64,000 bases of DNA from a plasmid, in sequence record NZ_CP022047.2, one strand, 5' to 3'. Position numbers and translations under genes: made by a program. The notes under the pieces were generated by a model. It was not told the DNA's origin. It was given only the letters and a program-made list of their open reading frames with translations, and ran no database searches. Positions 19,997 to 30,589 of the stretch are shown piece by piece. Numbering within the stretch: position 1 is the stretch's first letter; each line of letters begins with the position of its first letter.

Positions 19997-21073
19997 TTAT
20001 TTGGATTTGTCATATACAAAAGTCATATCACTTGTTACTGGAATTGTACGTTCTCCATAACCAAGTGGTGTCGCATAATTATGTTCTGAGATATGAATTC
20101 TCTTACCACCATCTAATACTTTTTCTACAAATGCGATATGTCCATAATGATTACCAGGTGTAGCTGGTGTCGATACCATTGAACCTTGTACAGGTTTCTT
20201 TCCAATTTTGTAGCCATCTTTTTGCGCGTTTTCTGGCCATAATCTTGCATCGCCCCAAAATGTCGAAATAGGCATACCGAGTTCAGCTCTTCTATTATAA
20301 ACATACCAAGTACAGTGTCTATATAAATATAAATTACCAGACGCAACGGTATGTTTTGTTTTCGGTAAATTACCATTATATTTCTCTAAATCTTTTAACG
20401 TACCGCCATCATGTGTACCACCTGTTGAACAATTATCTTTTGAAGAAGATGAACCATTTAATGATTTCATAATACTATTGACCGTTTTTGTCCAGTTACT
20501 ATTCATATTCGTTGGATCATTCGCCGCACCATTTGGCGCATATTTAGGTTGAATTTTTTCCGGTGTTGTTAAACCTTCTTTAATATATAAATCATATAAA
20601 TTTTTGGCTGTCGCGTCGATACCTTCTTCAATTGAATCAAATTTAAAAGGTGCGCCTGAACCCATAAGTCCTCCAACATTGTGGTGAGATTTAGCTAAAG
20701 ATGACTGCCCCCAACCACTTTCATTAGAGACAATCGCCACAAATAAATCTTGTGAGATTTTATGTTTTTTAGCTGACGATAATAAATATTCTGATTGACC
20801 TTCCAATGCCCCACCTTTCGCATTTGGTTCAAACACTTTCTTCATCGTTTCTAATGACACATCTCCACCTGTCATACCACCACATAAACCACCATCAAAA
20901 TCAACTTTGGACTCCTCATATCCACCAACAATGATCACAATAAAAAGAACAACACCTAAAACACCAACCGCAATTAAACCGGTTATTGAAAACAACGACC
21001 CTGCAATCGCAAGAAATATTTTTTTCTTAACTAAACTTTTCGCAAGATCCATACCTTGTTTAAACAGTTTCAT
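19997..21073 (-). CDS. VirB1-like cell-wall hydrolase (glucosaminidase/lysozyme-like domain plus C-terminal CHAP domain)
   Basis: N-terminal TM helix. 'VAIVSNESGWGQSS' muramidase-like region. C-terminal CHAP with 'RHCTWYV' Cys and 'HYGHIAFVE' His. Confidence 0.75.
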   Translation of the reverse strand: MKLFKQGMDLAKSLVKKKIFLAIAGSLFSITGLIAVGVLGVVLFIVIIVGGYEESKVDFDGGLCGGMTGGDVSLETMKKVFEPNAKGGALEGQSEYLLSSAKKHKISQDLFVAIVSNESGWGQSSLAKSHHNVGGLMGSGAPFKFDSIEEGIDATAKNLYDLYIKEGLTTPEKIQPKYAPNGAANDPTNMNSNWTKTVNSIMKSLNGSSSSKDNCSTGGTHDGGTLKDLEKYNGNLPKTKHTVASGNLYLYRHCTWYVYNRRAELGMPISTFWGDARLWPENAQKDGYKIGKKPVQGSMVSTPATPGNHYGHIAFVEKVLDGGKRIHISEHNYATPLGYGERTIPVTSDMTFVYDKSK

Positions 21074-21115
21074 TCACTCCTCTCAAAAAAATAACCGTTC
21101 GTTTGAAACGAACGG

Positions 21116-23068
21116 TTAAATACCTCCACTAAATCGATTTAATTGGTCTTGCGTTGGACTCACATTAATCACCATCGCTTTTAAGCCTGAAATGTGTACA
21201 AGTGCTTGTCCTCTATGAAACTGAGAAATTCTCACATACTCAGAATCTTTAATATTGCCACCAATAACACCTTTAAGCGATTTTACATCCGTAGGATCCA
21301 TATTCATTAAAAATTTACTCTGTGTTAAGGCAAAAACTTGTTTCAACTTCGCATGTACATTAGAATTTGGATTTTCAGGAATCAGTTCTTGTGGAGACTG
21401 TGTCGCAAATATAACGCCTGCTAAGAATTTACGCATCTCCTTTTGGAACTTCACAATAAACTCTACAACGTCTTCATTTTTCGCATTAATTAAGTTATGA
21501 CATTCATCGATAAAAAACATAAAACGCTTCGCATCGATTTCATCAATTTCACCTGACTCAATCATATTTTTATAACGACGTCCATGCTTCATCGCTTGTG
21601 ACCATATTAACTGTAAAGCCGTGAATAATACACTGTTCTTTACGTTATCACCTAACGCAATGACCCCTTCTATATCAAACATCACAACCTGTTCATTTTC
21701 CATATCTTCTAAGGTTGTAATACCATCAAAAATATCTCCATAGGTTTGAGTCATTTCCGTAATGGTTGCTTCAATCTTTTCTAATCCTCTTAATTTTTCT
21801 TCCGTTATATCATTCGACTGAAGACTCGGTACATAGACATCTTTAAAATATTTCAGAAATTCAGACATAGTTGGATACGCATCATTCGGTAATTGCGTCA
21901 CATTTTGGCTTTCACCTTTTTTAGGATCAAAAATACCATAACTCATATAAAATTCGTTAAAGGCTGATTTAACTTCAATTAAATCAGTATCTGATAAATC
22001 TTGGTTGATTAACTTAATCTGCATTTTGAGTTTATCTAGATGAATCTTATAACTATTCACTTGTGAAACTCTTAAATCTTCTTCACTAATAGATGATGAG
22101 CCATATATCTGTAAAATATTAATACGACCATCTGTGCCATCTAATGTTAATATTTTTCCACCTTGTTGACGTATCATGGGCGCAAAGTCTCTTGCTTTAT
22201 CAAAACCTCTGATAAAATGTCCTTTCGCAAATTGGTCTTCTTCAATCATTTTAAGTAGTGTTGATTTACCAGCACCCATTTTACCAAGTACCAATATATT
22301 GAAATAAGTACGGATATTATCAGATTTAAAAGGGTCAAATACAAATGAGCCATTCGTCATCGTCGTACCAAGATAAGCACCACGTTCATCAATTAATTGT
22401 TCATGGTTAAAGTAATAGCCACCACCTAATTGACCAGCTTGTATTGGGTAACCTTTTCTAAAATGAGATAAATGCTTTTTCTGTTGATCATAACTATAGA
22501 GTAGAGATAAAAAATTATCTTTCGATTCGAACTGCATCATTTGTGCTTTAAAGCCCATCGACTCTAATTCTTTTCGAATTAATGCCACTTCTTCTTCTAG
22601 TGCTTGTTCTGTGTCCTTTGAAACATATAAGCGTAATACAAAACGCTTCATTGTTTCACCATGTTGAGAAATATTTTGTCCTAACCCGACTAACGATTGA
22701 TAAGCATCTTGTGCTTCTATCTTCTGCATTGTTTTAGAATTTTTTTGATACAATCGTGAAGACTGTTCTCCAATTGACCGATTGACTTTTTTCACAGATT
22801 CATGACGTTCTATTGTACTAATGTCTAATACAGATATGACACCTGAGCGATTACATATACGGTCTAACCAGTTATCATGTAGTATTTTAGGAATATCATA
22901 AATCGTGATACAGTTTGTATAACCATCACCTGTAAGATAATATCTTTCTTTAAATTCTATTCCTCCTTGCGGTTGAACGGTCGCAATGGTCTTTAAATCA
23001 TAACCATCATCTTTAAAATCTTGTTCTGTAATGGGTTTTGGTTCCTTATTAATAAATGGTATTTTCAT
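21116..23068 (-). CDS. VirB4-family conjugation ATPase
   Basis: Walker A 'VLGKMGAGKSTLL'. Walker B 'VMFDIE'. Size and context fit TraE/PrgJ-like proteins. Confidence 0.85.
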   Translation of the reverse strand: MKIPFINKEPKPITEQDFKDDGYDLKTIATVQPQGGIEFKERYYLTGDGYTNCITIYDIPKILHDNWLDRICNRSGVISVLDISTIERHESVKKVNRSIGEQSSRLYQKNSKTMQKIEAQDAYQSLVGLGQNISQHGETMKRFVLRLYVSKDTEQALEEEVALIRKELESMGFKAQMMQFESKDNFLSLLYSYDQQKKHLSHFRKGYPIQAGQLGGGYYFNHEQLIDERGAYLGTTMTNGSFVFDPFKSDNIRTYFNILVLGKMGAGKSTLLKMIEEDQFAKGHFIRGFDKARDFAPMIRQQGGKILTLDGTDGRINILQIYGSSSISEEDLRVSQVNSYKIHLDKLKMQIKLINQDLSDTDLIEVKSAFNEFYMSYGIFDPKKGESQNVTQLPNDAYPTMSEFLKYFKDVYVPSLQSNDITEEKLRGLEKIEATITEMTQTYGDIFDGITTLEDMENEQVVMFDIEGVIALGDNVKNSVLFTALQLIWSQAMKHGRRYKNMIESGEIDEIDAKRFMFFIDECHNLINAKNEDVVEFIVKFQKEMRKFLAGVIFATQSPQELIPENPNSNVHAKLKQVFALTQSKFLMNMDPTDVKSLKGVIGGNIKDSEYVRISQFHRGQALVHISGLKAMVINVSPTQDQLNRFSGGI

Positions 23069-23077
23069 AGTTGCCTC

Positions 23078-23668
23078 CTAAATATAGATGTTTTGATTAT
23101 TTAATTTTGATATAATTTTTACTTTTTCATCATATGTTAGTGGAACGGGATAAATCAGATTACTCGCTACACTGATTAACGTACGCTTATTCTTATCTAA
23201 CATTTCTTGATTTTCACCATAAATCACACAAAAATATTCTTGGTTAATTTGCGTCTTCGCAATCATTTTCAGCCTCACCAATTGTTCATAACAGATACGT
23301 TGTCGGTTAGAATTTCCTTCTCTTTCAGCACGATTGGCGTATTCCTGCCAACGTAACTGAAGTTCAGTTGTATCCGTATGGAAATTTAAACTGACAAATT
23401 TAATACTGTCTTCAAATTGACGCAATAAAGAAGCCTTTTGACCCATTAATTGATTATTTTCAGTTTGATTAATGAAGTCTAACGCCACTGTATTCACTTT
23501 ATACATTTCTGAATAGACATCATCCTTAAAAATAGGTTCTACATTATTCGAGAAATTTTTAATGGTAAGAATGTCTAATGAAGATTTAGGAATATTCATT
23601 TTTTTATGTTTTTTTCTTAATTTTTTACGACGTTCTTGTTCATAGTCTTGTTTAGATACTAAAGGCAT
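23078..23668 (-). CDS. Hypothetical T4SS-associated protein
   Basis: 196-aa ORF lying between the VirB3-like and VirB4 genes. Confidence 0.25.
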   Translation of the reverse strand: MPLVSKQDYEQERRKKLRKKHKKMNIPKSSLDILTIKNFSNNVEPIFKDDVYSEMYKVNTVALDFINQTENNQLMGQKASLLRQFEDSIKFVSLNFHTDTTELQLRWQEYANRAEREGNSNRQRICYEQLVRLKMIAKTQINQEYFCVIYGENQEMLDKNKRTLISVASNLIYPVPLTYDEKVKIISKLNNQNIYI

Positions 23669-24079
23669 TTAAGCAACCTCTCTTTCATTTGTTGTATTGT
23701 TAATATTTACCATCTCAAATGTTTCATCTAATACTTCATCTGTTACATATGCGTTATAGTCAATACTGTGATATTTTGTTTTATCATTTGTCGCAATTAA
23801 ATGTAATAGAATCTCATATGTCGCTCTATCAGGATGTGAAGGTCTTGGACTAACAATAAGTAATCCTATTAATGCGTGAAATCCAATAACAACACCTTGC
23901 ATACCTTGTTCAAGCGCCAGTTTATCTGAAATCACAAAACCTAAAAATACAATGCCCGCAAATATAAACAGTGTTTTTAAAGCAAATGTGCCCCAAATGA
24001 CAATTTTTGAGTCAAAGCCTTTAGGAATTTCGTATACGTTCGGTTCTGGTTGTCGATCTTTAATGTCCATTTTGTTCAT
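23669..24079 (-). CDS. VirB3-like small membrane protein
   Basis: Two adjacent TM helices ('GTFALKTLFIFAGIVFLGFVISD', 'VVIGFHALIGLLIV') immediately upstream of VirB4. Confidence 0.4.
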   Translation of the reverse strand: MNKMDIKDRQPEPNVYEIPKGFDSKIVIWGTFALKTLFIFAGIVFLGFVISDKLALEQGMQGVVIGFHALIGLLIVSPRPSHPDRATYEILLHLIATNDKTKYHSIDYNAYVTDEVLDETFEMVNINNTTNEREVA

Positions 24080-24199
24080 CCTTTCTTTTTAAAAATAAAA
24101 AACCCTGATAGACGTTATGTCTTCAGGGTTAAAAGCTGTTATACTATTGAAGTCGCCTATCTCTCAGGTGTCAATTGACATTGAGAGGAGGTGTAAATC

Positions 24200-24295
24200 A
24201 TGTTAGAAATATTCGTTCAAATTTCAACTACTATTGTAAGTGGTTGTGCCGTTACGTTGTTCGCACATTGGCTACGAAAACGTAATGAGAAATAA
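24200..24295 (+). CDS. Type I toxin peptide, Fst/PepA1-like, third locus
   Basis: 31-aa ORF MLEIFVQISTTIVSGCAVTLFAHWLRKRNEK with SD 'gaggaggtg'. A 5' palindrome 'TGTCAATTGACA' lies upstream. Terminator 'aaaaaaCCCCTCACTAtgccagTAGTGAGGGGttt' downstream. Confidence 0.65.
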   Translation: MLEIFVQISTTIVSGCAVTLFAHWLRKRNEK

Positions 24296-24469
24296 TAATA
24301 GGCGACAGGCCAACACCTAAAAAAACCCCTCACTATGCCAGTAGTGAGGGGTTTGGTGTAATCAAATTAGAAATATTCGTTATATAAAATATAACATGTA
24401 TATCTTCATCATACAATGAATATTAACGATTAACGATAATTCTTTTTTAAATACCAATTTGTTCATCTA

Positions 24470-24560
24470 TTCGCACATTGGCTACGAAAACGTAACGAGA
24501 AATAATAATAGGTGACAGGTCAACACCTAAAAAACCCCTCACTACTGCTATAGTGAGGGA
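24470..24560 (+). pseudogene. Remnant 3' end of an Fst-like toxin gene with its terminator
   Basis: '...FAHWLRKRNEK*' coding remnant without a start codon, followed by the same terminator block ('ataggtgacaggtcaacacctaaaaaacccctcactac'). Confidence 0.4.
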
Positions 24561-24672
24561 TTTGGTGTGTCCAATATGAACAATATATTTGTTAAATAAA
24601 GTATATCATACAAGAAACCTATTTTACAATTGTGTCATTACCTCCTACGTTGTTGACCATTGATTACAGTTT

Positions 24673-25368
24673 TTAATCGACTGTTCTTCTGAGATATAGC
24701 TCATATAGATACATACGTTCAATACTATCTATTCTAACCCTATCCTTTAAAAATTCAGGATTCTTTTGTAGAACTGGATAGTTGTGATACCCTGTTTGGT
24801 TTTCGAAAAAGCTTCTTGTTATATCATTTCTCAACAATAGACTTTCAACAATTTTTATCATACCTTCTTTAGAAGGCATATGACTGACTTTATCTTTCGC
24901 AAATGTATATAAACAATCCAAATCTTTTTCACTAAGTCTATGGAGTAGATAAGGTGTAAATCGTATATGCTTAATGACCTCATAAGAAATGGACGTTTCG
25001 TCAGCAATATCTTGATCCGTATACCTTTTAGTCTTAAATAACTTCAAAATCGTAAAATATTTATCATAATCTTGGTTATCTACCTCATATGTTACTCCTT
25101 TTTCTGGATACTCTCCTGTGATACTTATCGCTAAGTTGTACAATTTAACGTATCGACCAAAATCTAAACTATTCAGTTCATAGGCTTCATTCGAAATTCT
25201 TGAAAATACGATATATTGTATCAATGTCTCCACATATATCTTATGATGGGCTTCTTTATGTTTAGCCAAAAAGTACAATATTGTTGGCAACATCTCTTCT
25301 CTTGTTTTTATGTTATCTTGTTCTTGTTTCATGTTTTTTCTCCTCTTTATATTGTATTGGATTATCAA
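24673..25368 (-). CDS. Hypothetical cytoplasmic protein of the transfer operon
   Basis: 231-aa ORF whose stop overlaps the VirB6-like gene. Confidence 0.25.
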   Translation of the reverse strand: MIIQYNIKRRKNMKQEQDNIKTREEMLPTILYFLAKHKEAHHKIYVETLIQYIVFSRISNEAYELNSLDFGRYVKLYNLAISITGEYPEKGVTYEVDNQDYDKYFTILKLFKTKRYTDQDIADETSISYEVIKHIRFTPYLLHRLSEKDLDCLYTFAKDKVSHMPSKEGMIKIVESLLLRNDITRSFFENQTGYHNYPVLQKNPEFLKDRVRIDSIERMYLYELYLRRTVD

Positions 25369-27896
25369 CGATGATATTTCCCTTGATTTTTTTGTAGTTT
25401 CACACGCTCGACAGAAGTCATATTGCGTGCACGATCCACACGTGATGGTTTCACTTGTGACGACTTTATTTGTGATGGTTGTACGTTTTCTCTGTGCACA
25501 TGTTGTTCATTCACAATTTCTTTTTCTTTAATAATCTGCTGAGTCGGTTGTGCTGATCCTTTAGGCATTGTGACAGGTTTGCCTTGTTTAGTTGAATACG
25601 TCTCGTTTTTGCGATTAATGACTCGTTTTGTTTCTTTAGTTTGCTTGTGAGGCGCTTTTGATTGTGGTGACTTCACTGATTGTTGGTTACCACTTTGTTT
25701 ATGTCCAGAATTCGTACTTGTTGCCTTTGTTGTCGTACTTGTTTGACCTTGTTTAATCTGTGAACGTCCACTAGAGACACCTTGTTGAACAGATGCTTTT
25801 TGTACACTATCATCTTTACTATCTTTATGTGCTGTGGTATCTTCCGCTGTTGTCGGTATATTCTCTATTTCATCATGTGTAACAACACCATTATCGTCTT
25901 TTGATTTTACATTAGACGTATCAAGTGTTGTCGCATTTCTGTCATGGTCATTATGTGCTACTTTTTGTTCATGTTCATTTTGTTGAACATGTTGTATACC
26001 CTCTTGATCCGTTTGTTCATTGTCTAATTGTTGATGTGTGCCATCCTGATTTGAATGTACAACACCTTCATCATGACTCGTATCATTTGAGCTTTCTGGT
26101 ACATCTACATGTTCTGGTGTGTCATCTGATGTTGAAACTGTTTCATTAGAAACACCTTCTTGTGAGTCCTCAACTTCATCAGTCGTCGTTGTTGTATCAA
26201 CATCAACGGATTGACTGCCTTGACCACCTTTTGTGTGTTGTTGTGAACTCACATTATCTGATTCGCCTACGACCACCTGTTGCGCATTCGTTTCTTGATT
26301 AACATGAGCTTGTGCTTCTGTTTCTGCACCATAGGAAGTATCAACTGATCCCTCTTGGTCATCTAAAGTTGGCGCTGTATAAGTTTCATGTGGTTTCATA
26401 TTTAAATCTTTCTCCATTTGACTAATCGTGCCTGTACCTAAATCATTTGCGACACCTTTCGCACGACTTTGTTCAAAACTATCTTTTGCGTAGCCACCTA
26501 ATGTACCAACACCACCTTTTGCTTGATGTCCAATATTGCTCGCTAAATTCTTACCGCCTTGTGCGACTGCACTTGTTGCTTTCGTTGCACCAGTCATATG
26601 TGCCATTTTAGAACCTGCTTTCATCGCAACAGCACCACCTGCAATACCTGCCATCAATGATTTCTGTCCATCTTTAACACCTGTATCGATACCTAATATT
26701 TTCTTCGCTTCATTAGGACCATCTACAACCGCAATCGCAAGTCCTATATAACAAATGACTTTTGCCAAGAATGAAAGATCTGATTGGAATATCGCACCTG
26801 TTAAAATCATAAACATTTTAAAAATAATCAATACCAAACCAATAACCGCATAGTTTGTAACGATATTTGAAAGCAGTTGTTTCACACGTTGAAGGGTGTT
26901 TAAATCCGCCGCAGCTACCCACGGTGCGATCACTTTTTGAAAGGCAATTTCAAACGATAATCGAACGACTTTAAATGATGTAAAGACTTGTACCGCGATT
27001 AACGTCCCTAATAATAACCATGTGAAAAAGAAGCTCGTCTGATAACGTTGATAGTAATTACTAAAAGGTGCGGAAGATTGTTTAAAGAAACCTTTCCCAA
27101 AGCCGTCACTGATTTTAGATAACTCATTCGATTTACCATCACTGCTCGTGACAAGGTTATTGTTAAATACATAATACTTATATTTTTCTGAATTACTATC
27201 ACTTGCTTTTTTTAATTTTGCGATATTTTCATAATATCGATATCCCTCTTCTTTTGCTTTTTTATCATCAACATTAGGATTTATCTTTTCTCCAAATTGA
27301 CGACGTCCACTCGTAAATGAGCCATCCGTTAAATCATTGTTGATGCCATTTTTAGCCTTTTTAAAATCATTTTGGGCAAGCCAATATAAATCGGTTGTAT
27401 TCATGGCGACGATTTGTGTCGATAAATACTTCATGTCTTTACCCTCAATGAGGTTGCCATCGCCACCATTAATTGATTTCCCGACTTCTGTTACACCTTG
27501 TGAAAATTTATAAGCACTTGAGAAAATAGTCGGTAATGCGATGATGAAACAAATCGCAAGCACTGAATTTACCGCAATTTGGGCGAGTTTTGTTTGTTGT
27601 TTCCCAAACATCATCGATAAACCAATGATTAAAATGGTTAATCCAAAAACTGCCCATACAATTGGCATCATCGTTTCACTTAAATTCGTAATGGCTTTAT
27701 TGTTTAATAAACCACCGAAAGTCACAATTTCATTGAGTAATTTTTCCATCGAAACGCTGATTTTATATAAACCCTTCGTAAAGTACCAACCCATGGACTT
27801 ACAAATATGCACAAGCCAATCAATACCATCATATGATTTAAAAATTTCTTGATTATCTTTAAGGATTTCAATCGCCTTTTTTTTTGATTCACTCAC
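25365..27896 (-). CDS. VirB6-like polytopic membrane protein with a long Ser/Thr/Gln-rich C-terminal extension
   Basis: About six TM helices in the N-terminal 450 aa. Low-complexity hydrophilic tail of ~400 aa. Confidence 0.55.
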   Translation of the reverse strand: MSESKKKAIEILKDNQEIFKSYDGIDWLVHICKSMGWYFTKGLYKISVSMEKLLNEIVTFGGLLNNKAITNLSETMMPIVWAVFGLTILIIGLSMMFGKQQTKLAQIAVNSVLAICFIIALPTIFSSAYKFSQGVTEVGKSINGGDGNLIEGKDMKYLSTQIVAMNTTDLYWLAQNDFKKAKNGINNDLTDGSFTSGRRQFGEKINPNVDDKKAKEEGYRYYENIAKLKKASDSNSEKYKYYVFNNNLVTSSDGKSNELSKISDGFGKGFFKQSSAPFSNYYQRYQTSFFFTWLLLGTLIAVQVFTSFKVVRLSFEIAFQKVIAPWVAAADLNTLQRVKQLLSNIVTNYAVIGLVLIIFKMFMILTGAIFQSDLSFLAKVICYIGLAIAVVDGPNEAKKILGIDTGVKDGQKSLMAGIAGGAVAMKAGSKMAHMTGATKATSAVAQGGKNLASNIGHQAKGGVGTLGGYAKDSFEQSRAKGVANDLGTGTISQMEKDLNMKPHETYTAPTLDDQEGSVDTSYGAETEAQAHVNQETNAQQVVVGESDNVSSQQHTKGGQGSQSVDVDTTTTTDEVEDSQEGVSNETVSTSDDTPEHVDVPESSNDTSHDEGVVHSNQDGTHQQLDNEQTDQEGIQHVQQNEHEQKVAHNDHDRNATTLDTSNVKSKDDNGVVTHDEIENIPTTAEDTTAHKDSKDDSVQKASVQQGVSSGRSQIKQGQTSTTTKATSTNSGHKQSGNQQSVKSPQSKAPHKQTKETKRVINRKNETYSTKQGKPVTMPKGSAQPTQQIIKEKEIVNEQHVHRENVQPSQIKSSQVKPSRVDRARNMTSVERVKLQKNQGKYHR

Positions 27897-30416
27897 TTAT
27901 ATATTCACTCCTTTATTAAGATTTGCGATAATATTTTTATCTAGCTTATTTTGTAGTAGCTCTAAATCAACTTCTAAAGCCGAATCATCACTAAACGTTT
28001 CAATATATAGTGCTAATTCTGTCTGTAACGCTTCAACACTTTGTACACTCTTACAAGTTGTACGTAATGAAAATTCATAATCCACATCATATACATCATG
28101 AAACGCCTCAGAAAATAACCGACAAATCAATGTGATATACATATCTTCTATGTGAAATGAGGTTAATTCGCCTTTATCTGTTTCTGATATATGTTTAGGT
28201 TCTTCTGTCATTAAGTCATCTAACGTTTCCGTGAGTCGTTGTTGCTTCTGTTTTTCTTCTTTATCAAACACAAATGTTATATCTTTTAAGTCATAGTATT
28301 TATGGTCTGATAAATCTTCGATTTCTGCATATCTACTCGGATCAATAGAACGATCAAGAAATTCCCATCTAAACGGCATACCTGTTTCGCCTTGATTGAA
28401 AATAGGATAAGCTCTAATACGCTCTCTTTTTAAGTTTTGACGCTTTGTCGAACGTATCACCACTGTATGTGTTTCATGAATCATGAGTAAATCTTGCGGT
28501 AAAATCAATTCTTGCTTTTCAGATGAATACGTATGACTAACTTTTGTTGAATCATCAGATATATTTTTCTGTTTCTTTGTTTTTGTAAAATAACCACACT
28601 TTTTACTAAATTCATCAGCTGTATCAGGATCTGTTGATAAAATATATACATGATTTTGGAAATTTGATTTAATGGTTGTGCCATCATCTTGTCCATACTT
28701 CCCAAATATTTGTGAATAAGCTTGAACGTAAGCCTCAAATAAAATTCTTCGACCTGCACATACAGTCAATATTTGATTAAAATCCACTATTGCTGGTAAA
28801 TTCCCAAATTCATCGAGTCGGAATTTCACAAAGTTATGACATTTACCGTCAGGTACAACGTTACGATTCGATGTCATTTCCGCAAGCAATGTATAAGTTT
28901 GAGAAATAAATAATGTCGCAAGTACATTTCTTGAACTATCATAATCCGGTACAACAAGAAAAAGTGCGATGGGTTTATTTGAATATGATCCCTGAATAAA
29001 AAGAGGCTCAACATCATGACTTGATTGATCTCTCAAGTAATGAAATTGAACCATTTCGTCTTGTGTATTCACTTGTTTATCTTCTTCTGGCAATATCATT
29101 TGATAGACCATATGTTGTTTGACATTATCGGAATCTTCTATTTCAAAATGAATTTTAACATCGTCTCCTAAAACATCTTCATAAACAATCTCAGTATAAC
29201 TAAAGGCATTCAGTTCGAATTTTTGAGATTTTGTTTTTATACTTTCACCTTGTTCATTTGTATGTTCAAAATAGTAATAACCTTTCTGAAATCGAAATAT
29301 CGGTTTAAATCGTACATCAATAATTTTCTTAAATCCAAATCGCCTTGTATCTAACGTGTTTTGAGATGTCATTTTTGCGACATCTTGTTCCATGAATATT
29401 TGTAGTTTGCCGGAGGCAACCGTAAATATACTACTTCTAGTATTGCCTGTCGCAAAGTTAGACTGTGCGTAAGCATTTTTCGCAATATGATCATCTGGTA
29501 ATTTTTTGAAATATTGATCTAACTTATTCACTTCTACACCATCAACTATAGTTGTTTCTCCTCCAAGCTTAGACAACATTAAAGCGACGTTATACATGGT
29601 GAACTTCTCGAATTCTTGGTCTCTATGTGTTTTCTCTAAAAGCGCCAAAATAATCGCTTTAATTAAGTTTGCCGCTGAACTATTCCAAAAGGGGTCTTTC
29701 GCACCCGGATCATAATATATCTGATTGGTTAATGTCCCCGCGTACTTTTCAGCTTTACTCTCGTTTCCTAATAAATACATACGTTTAATGAGCTCTAAAG
29801 GATTGACCGCAATAGACTTTTCAGGATTCATGATATTAAAAGGTAAAACACGATAACCTCTATCAACCAATGTTTCATATGACCCATTTAATAATTCTTC
29901 TTTCGGGTCTCCAATGACGAGACTTGCCCTCTCTTCAGCGCGTGAATCAATATCAATAGCGACTGTTACAGCACTCTCACCTTTACCTGATCGACTCGTT
30001 CCAATAATACATGTATTATGTGTTTCCGTATCAATAAAGTACTGGTCTTTGTAATGTGATATTGGGAACCCCGCAATACCTTCATATGTGTCATCACTAT
30101 GTGGTATCGCTTTATATTGAGATTTAATTTCATCTAATGTTGCCCATCTTGAATCACCTTGTTCACCATAATCCATTGGGCGATTCTTCCGATACAATTT
30201 ATATATTTTGTAAAAAGAAAAAGGAACAATCACGGGTAATGTTAACAGAGAAAAGCCAATATATGAGAAGTCCAACCAATTAGGTATGTGTAACATTTCT
30301 TCGACCGTTATATCAAACAGACTCATAATCCCATCATTTCTCGCGGGATTTTCATATCCCTCTTTAATATGCATAATGACAGATATAATACCATTTAAAA
30401 ATAAAAATAGAGACAA
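27897..30416 (-). CDS. Type IV coupling protein (VirD4/TcpA-like ATPase)
   Basis: N-terminal TM helices. Walker A 'IIGTSRSGKGESAV'. 839-aa size. Confidence 0.75.
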   Translation of the reverse strand: MSLFLFLNGIISVIMHIKEGYENPARNDGIMSLFDITVEEMLHIPNWLDFSYIGFSLLTLPVIVPFSFYKIYKLYRKNRPMDYGEQGDSRWATLDEIKSQYKAIPHSDDTYEGIAGFPISHYKDQYFIDTETHNTCIIGTSRSGKGESAVTVAIDIDSRAEERASLVIGDPKEELLNGSYETLVDRGYRVLPFNIMNPEKSIAVNPLELIKRMYLLGNESKAEKYAGTLTNQIYYDPGAKDPFWNSSAANLIKAIILALLEKTHRDQEFEKFTMYNVALMLSKLGGETTIVDGVEVNKLDQYFKKLPDDHIAKNAYAQSNFATGNTRSSIFTVASGKLQIFMEQDVAKMTSQNTLDTRRFGFKKIIDVRFKPIFRFQKGYYYFEHTNEQGESIKTKSQKFELNAFSYTEIVYEDVLGDDVKIHFEIEDSDNVKQHMVYQMILPEEDKQVNTQDEMVQFHYLRDQSSHDVEPLFIQGSYSNKPIALFLVVPDYDSSRNVLATLFISQTYTLLAEMTSNRNVVPDGKCHNFVKFRLDEFGNLPAIVDFNQILTVCAGRRILFEAYVQAYSQIFGKYGQDDGTTIKSNFQNHVYILSTDPDTADEFSKKCGYFTKTKKQKNISDDSTKVSHTYSSEKQELILPQDLLMIHETHTVVIRSTKRQNLKRERIRAYPIFNQGETGMPFRWEFLDRSIDPSRYAEIEDLSDHKYYDLKDITFVFDKEEKQKQQRLTETLDDLMTEEPKHISETDKGELTSFHIEDMYITLICRLFSEAFHDVYDVDYEFSLRTTCKSVQSVEALQTELALYIETFSDDSALEVDLELLQNKLDKNIIANLNKGVNI

Positions 30417-30589
30417 ACAAAGGACTGTAGCCAGTATACTCGTATAACGGCTATTACCTAGTATGTCTCCAAATTCGAATGGTTTCTTCTTTTTATCTAA
30501 ATACGTATGTGTGATTTTGTTTTTTGATGGTTTTATAACGCATCCCTCCTAATAAATATCGGCATACAATATATAATATGCATTATGCT

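Noticed and set aside
20125-20376. 83-aa minus-strand ORF inside the VirB1-like hydrolase gene in another frame
   Set aside because: It is fully nested within the CHAP-domain coding region and has no independent signals.
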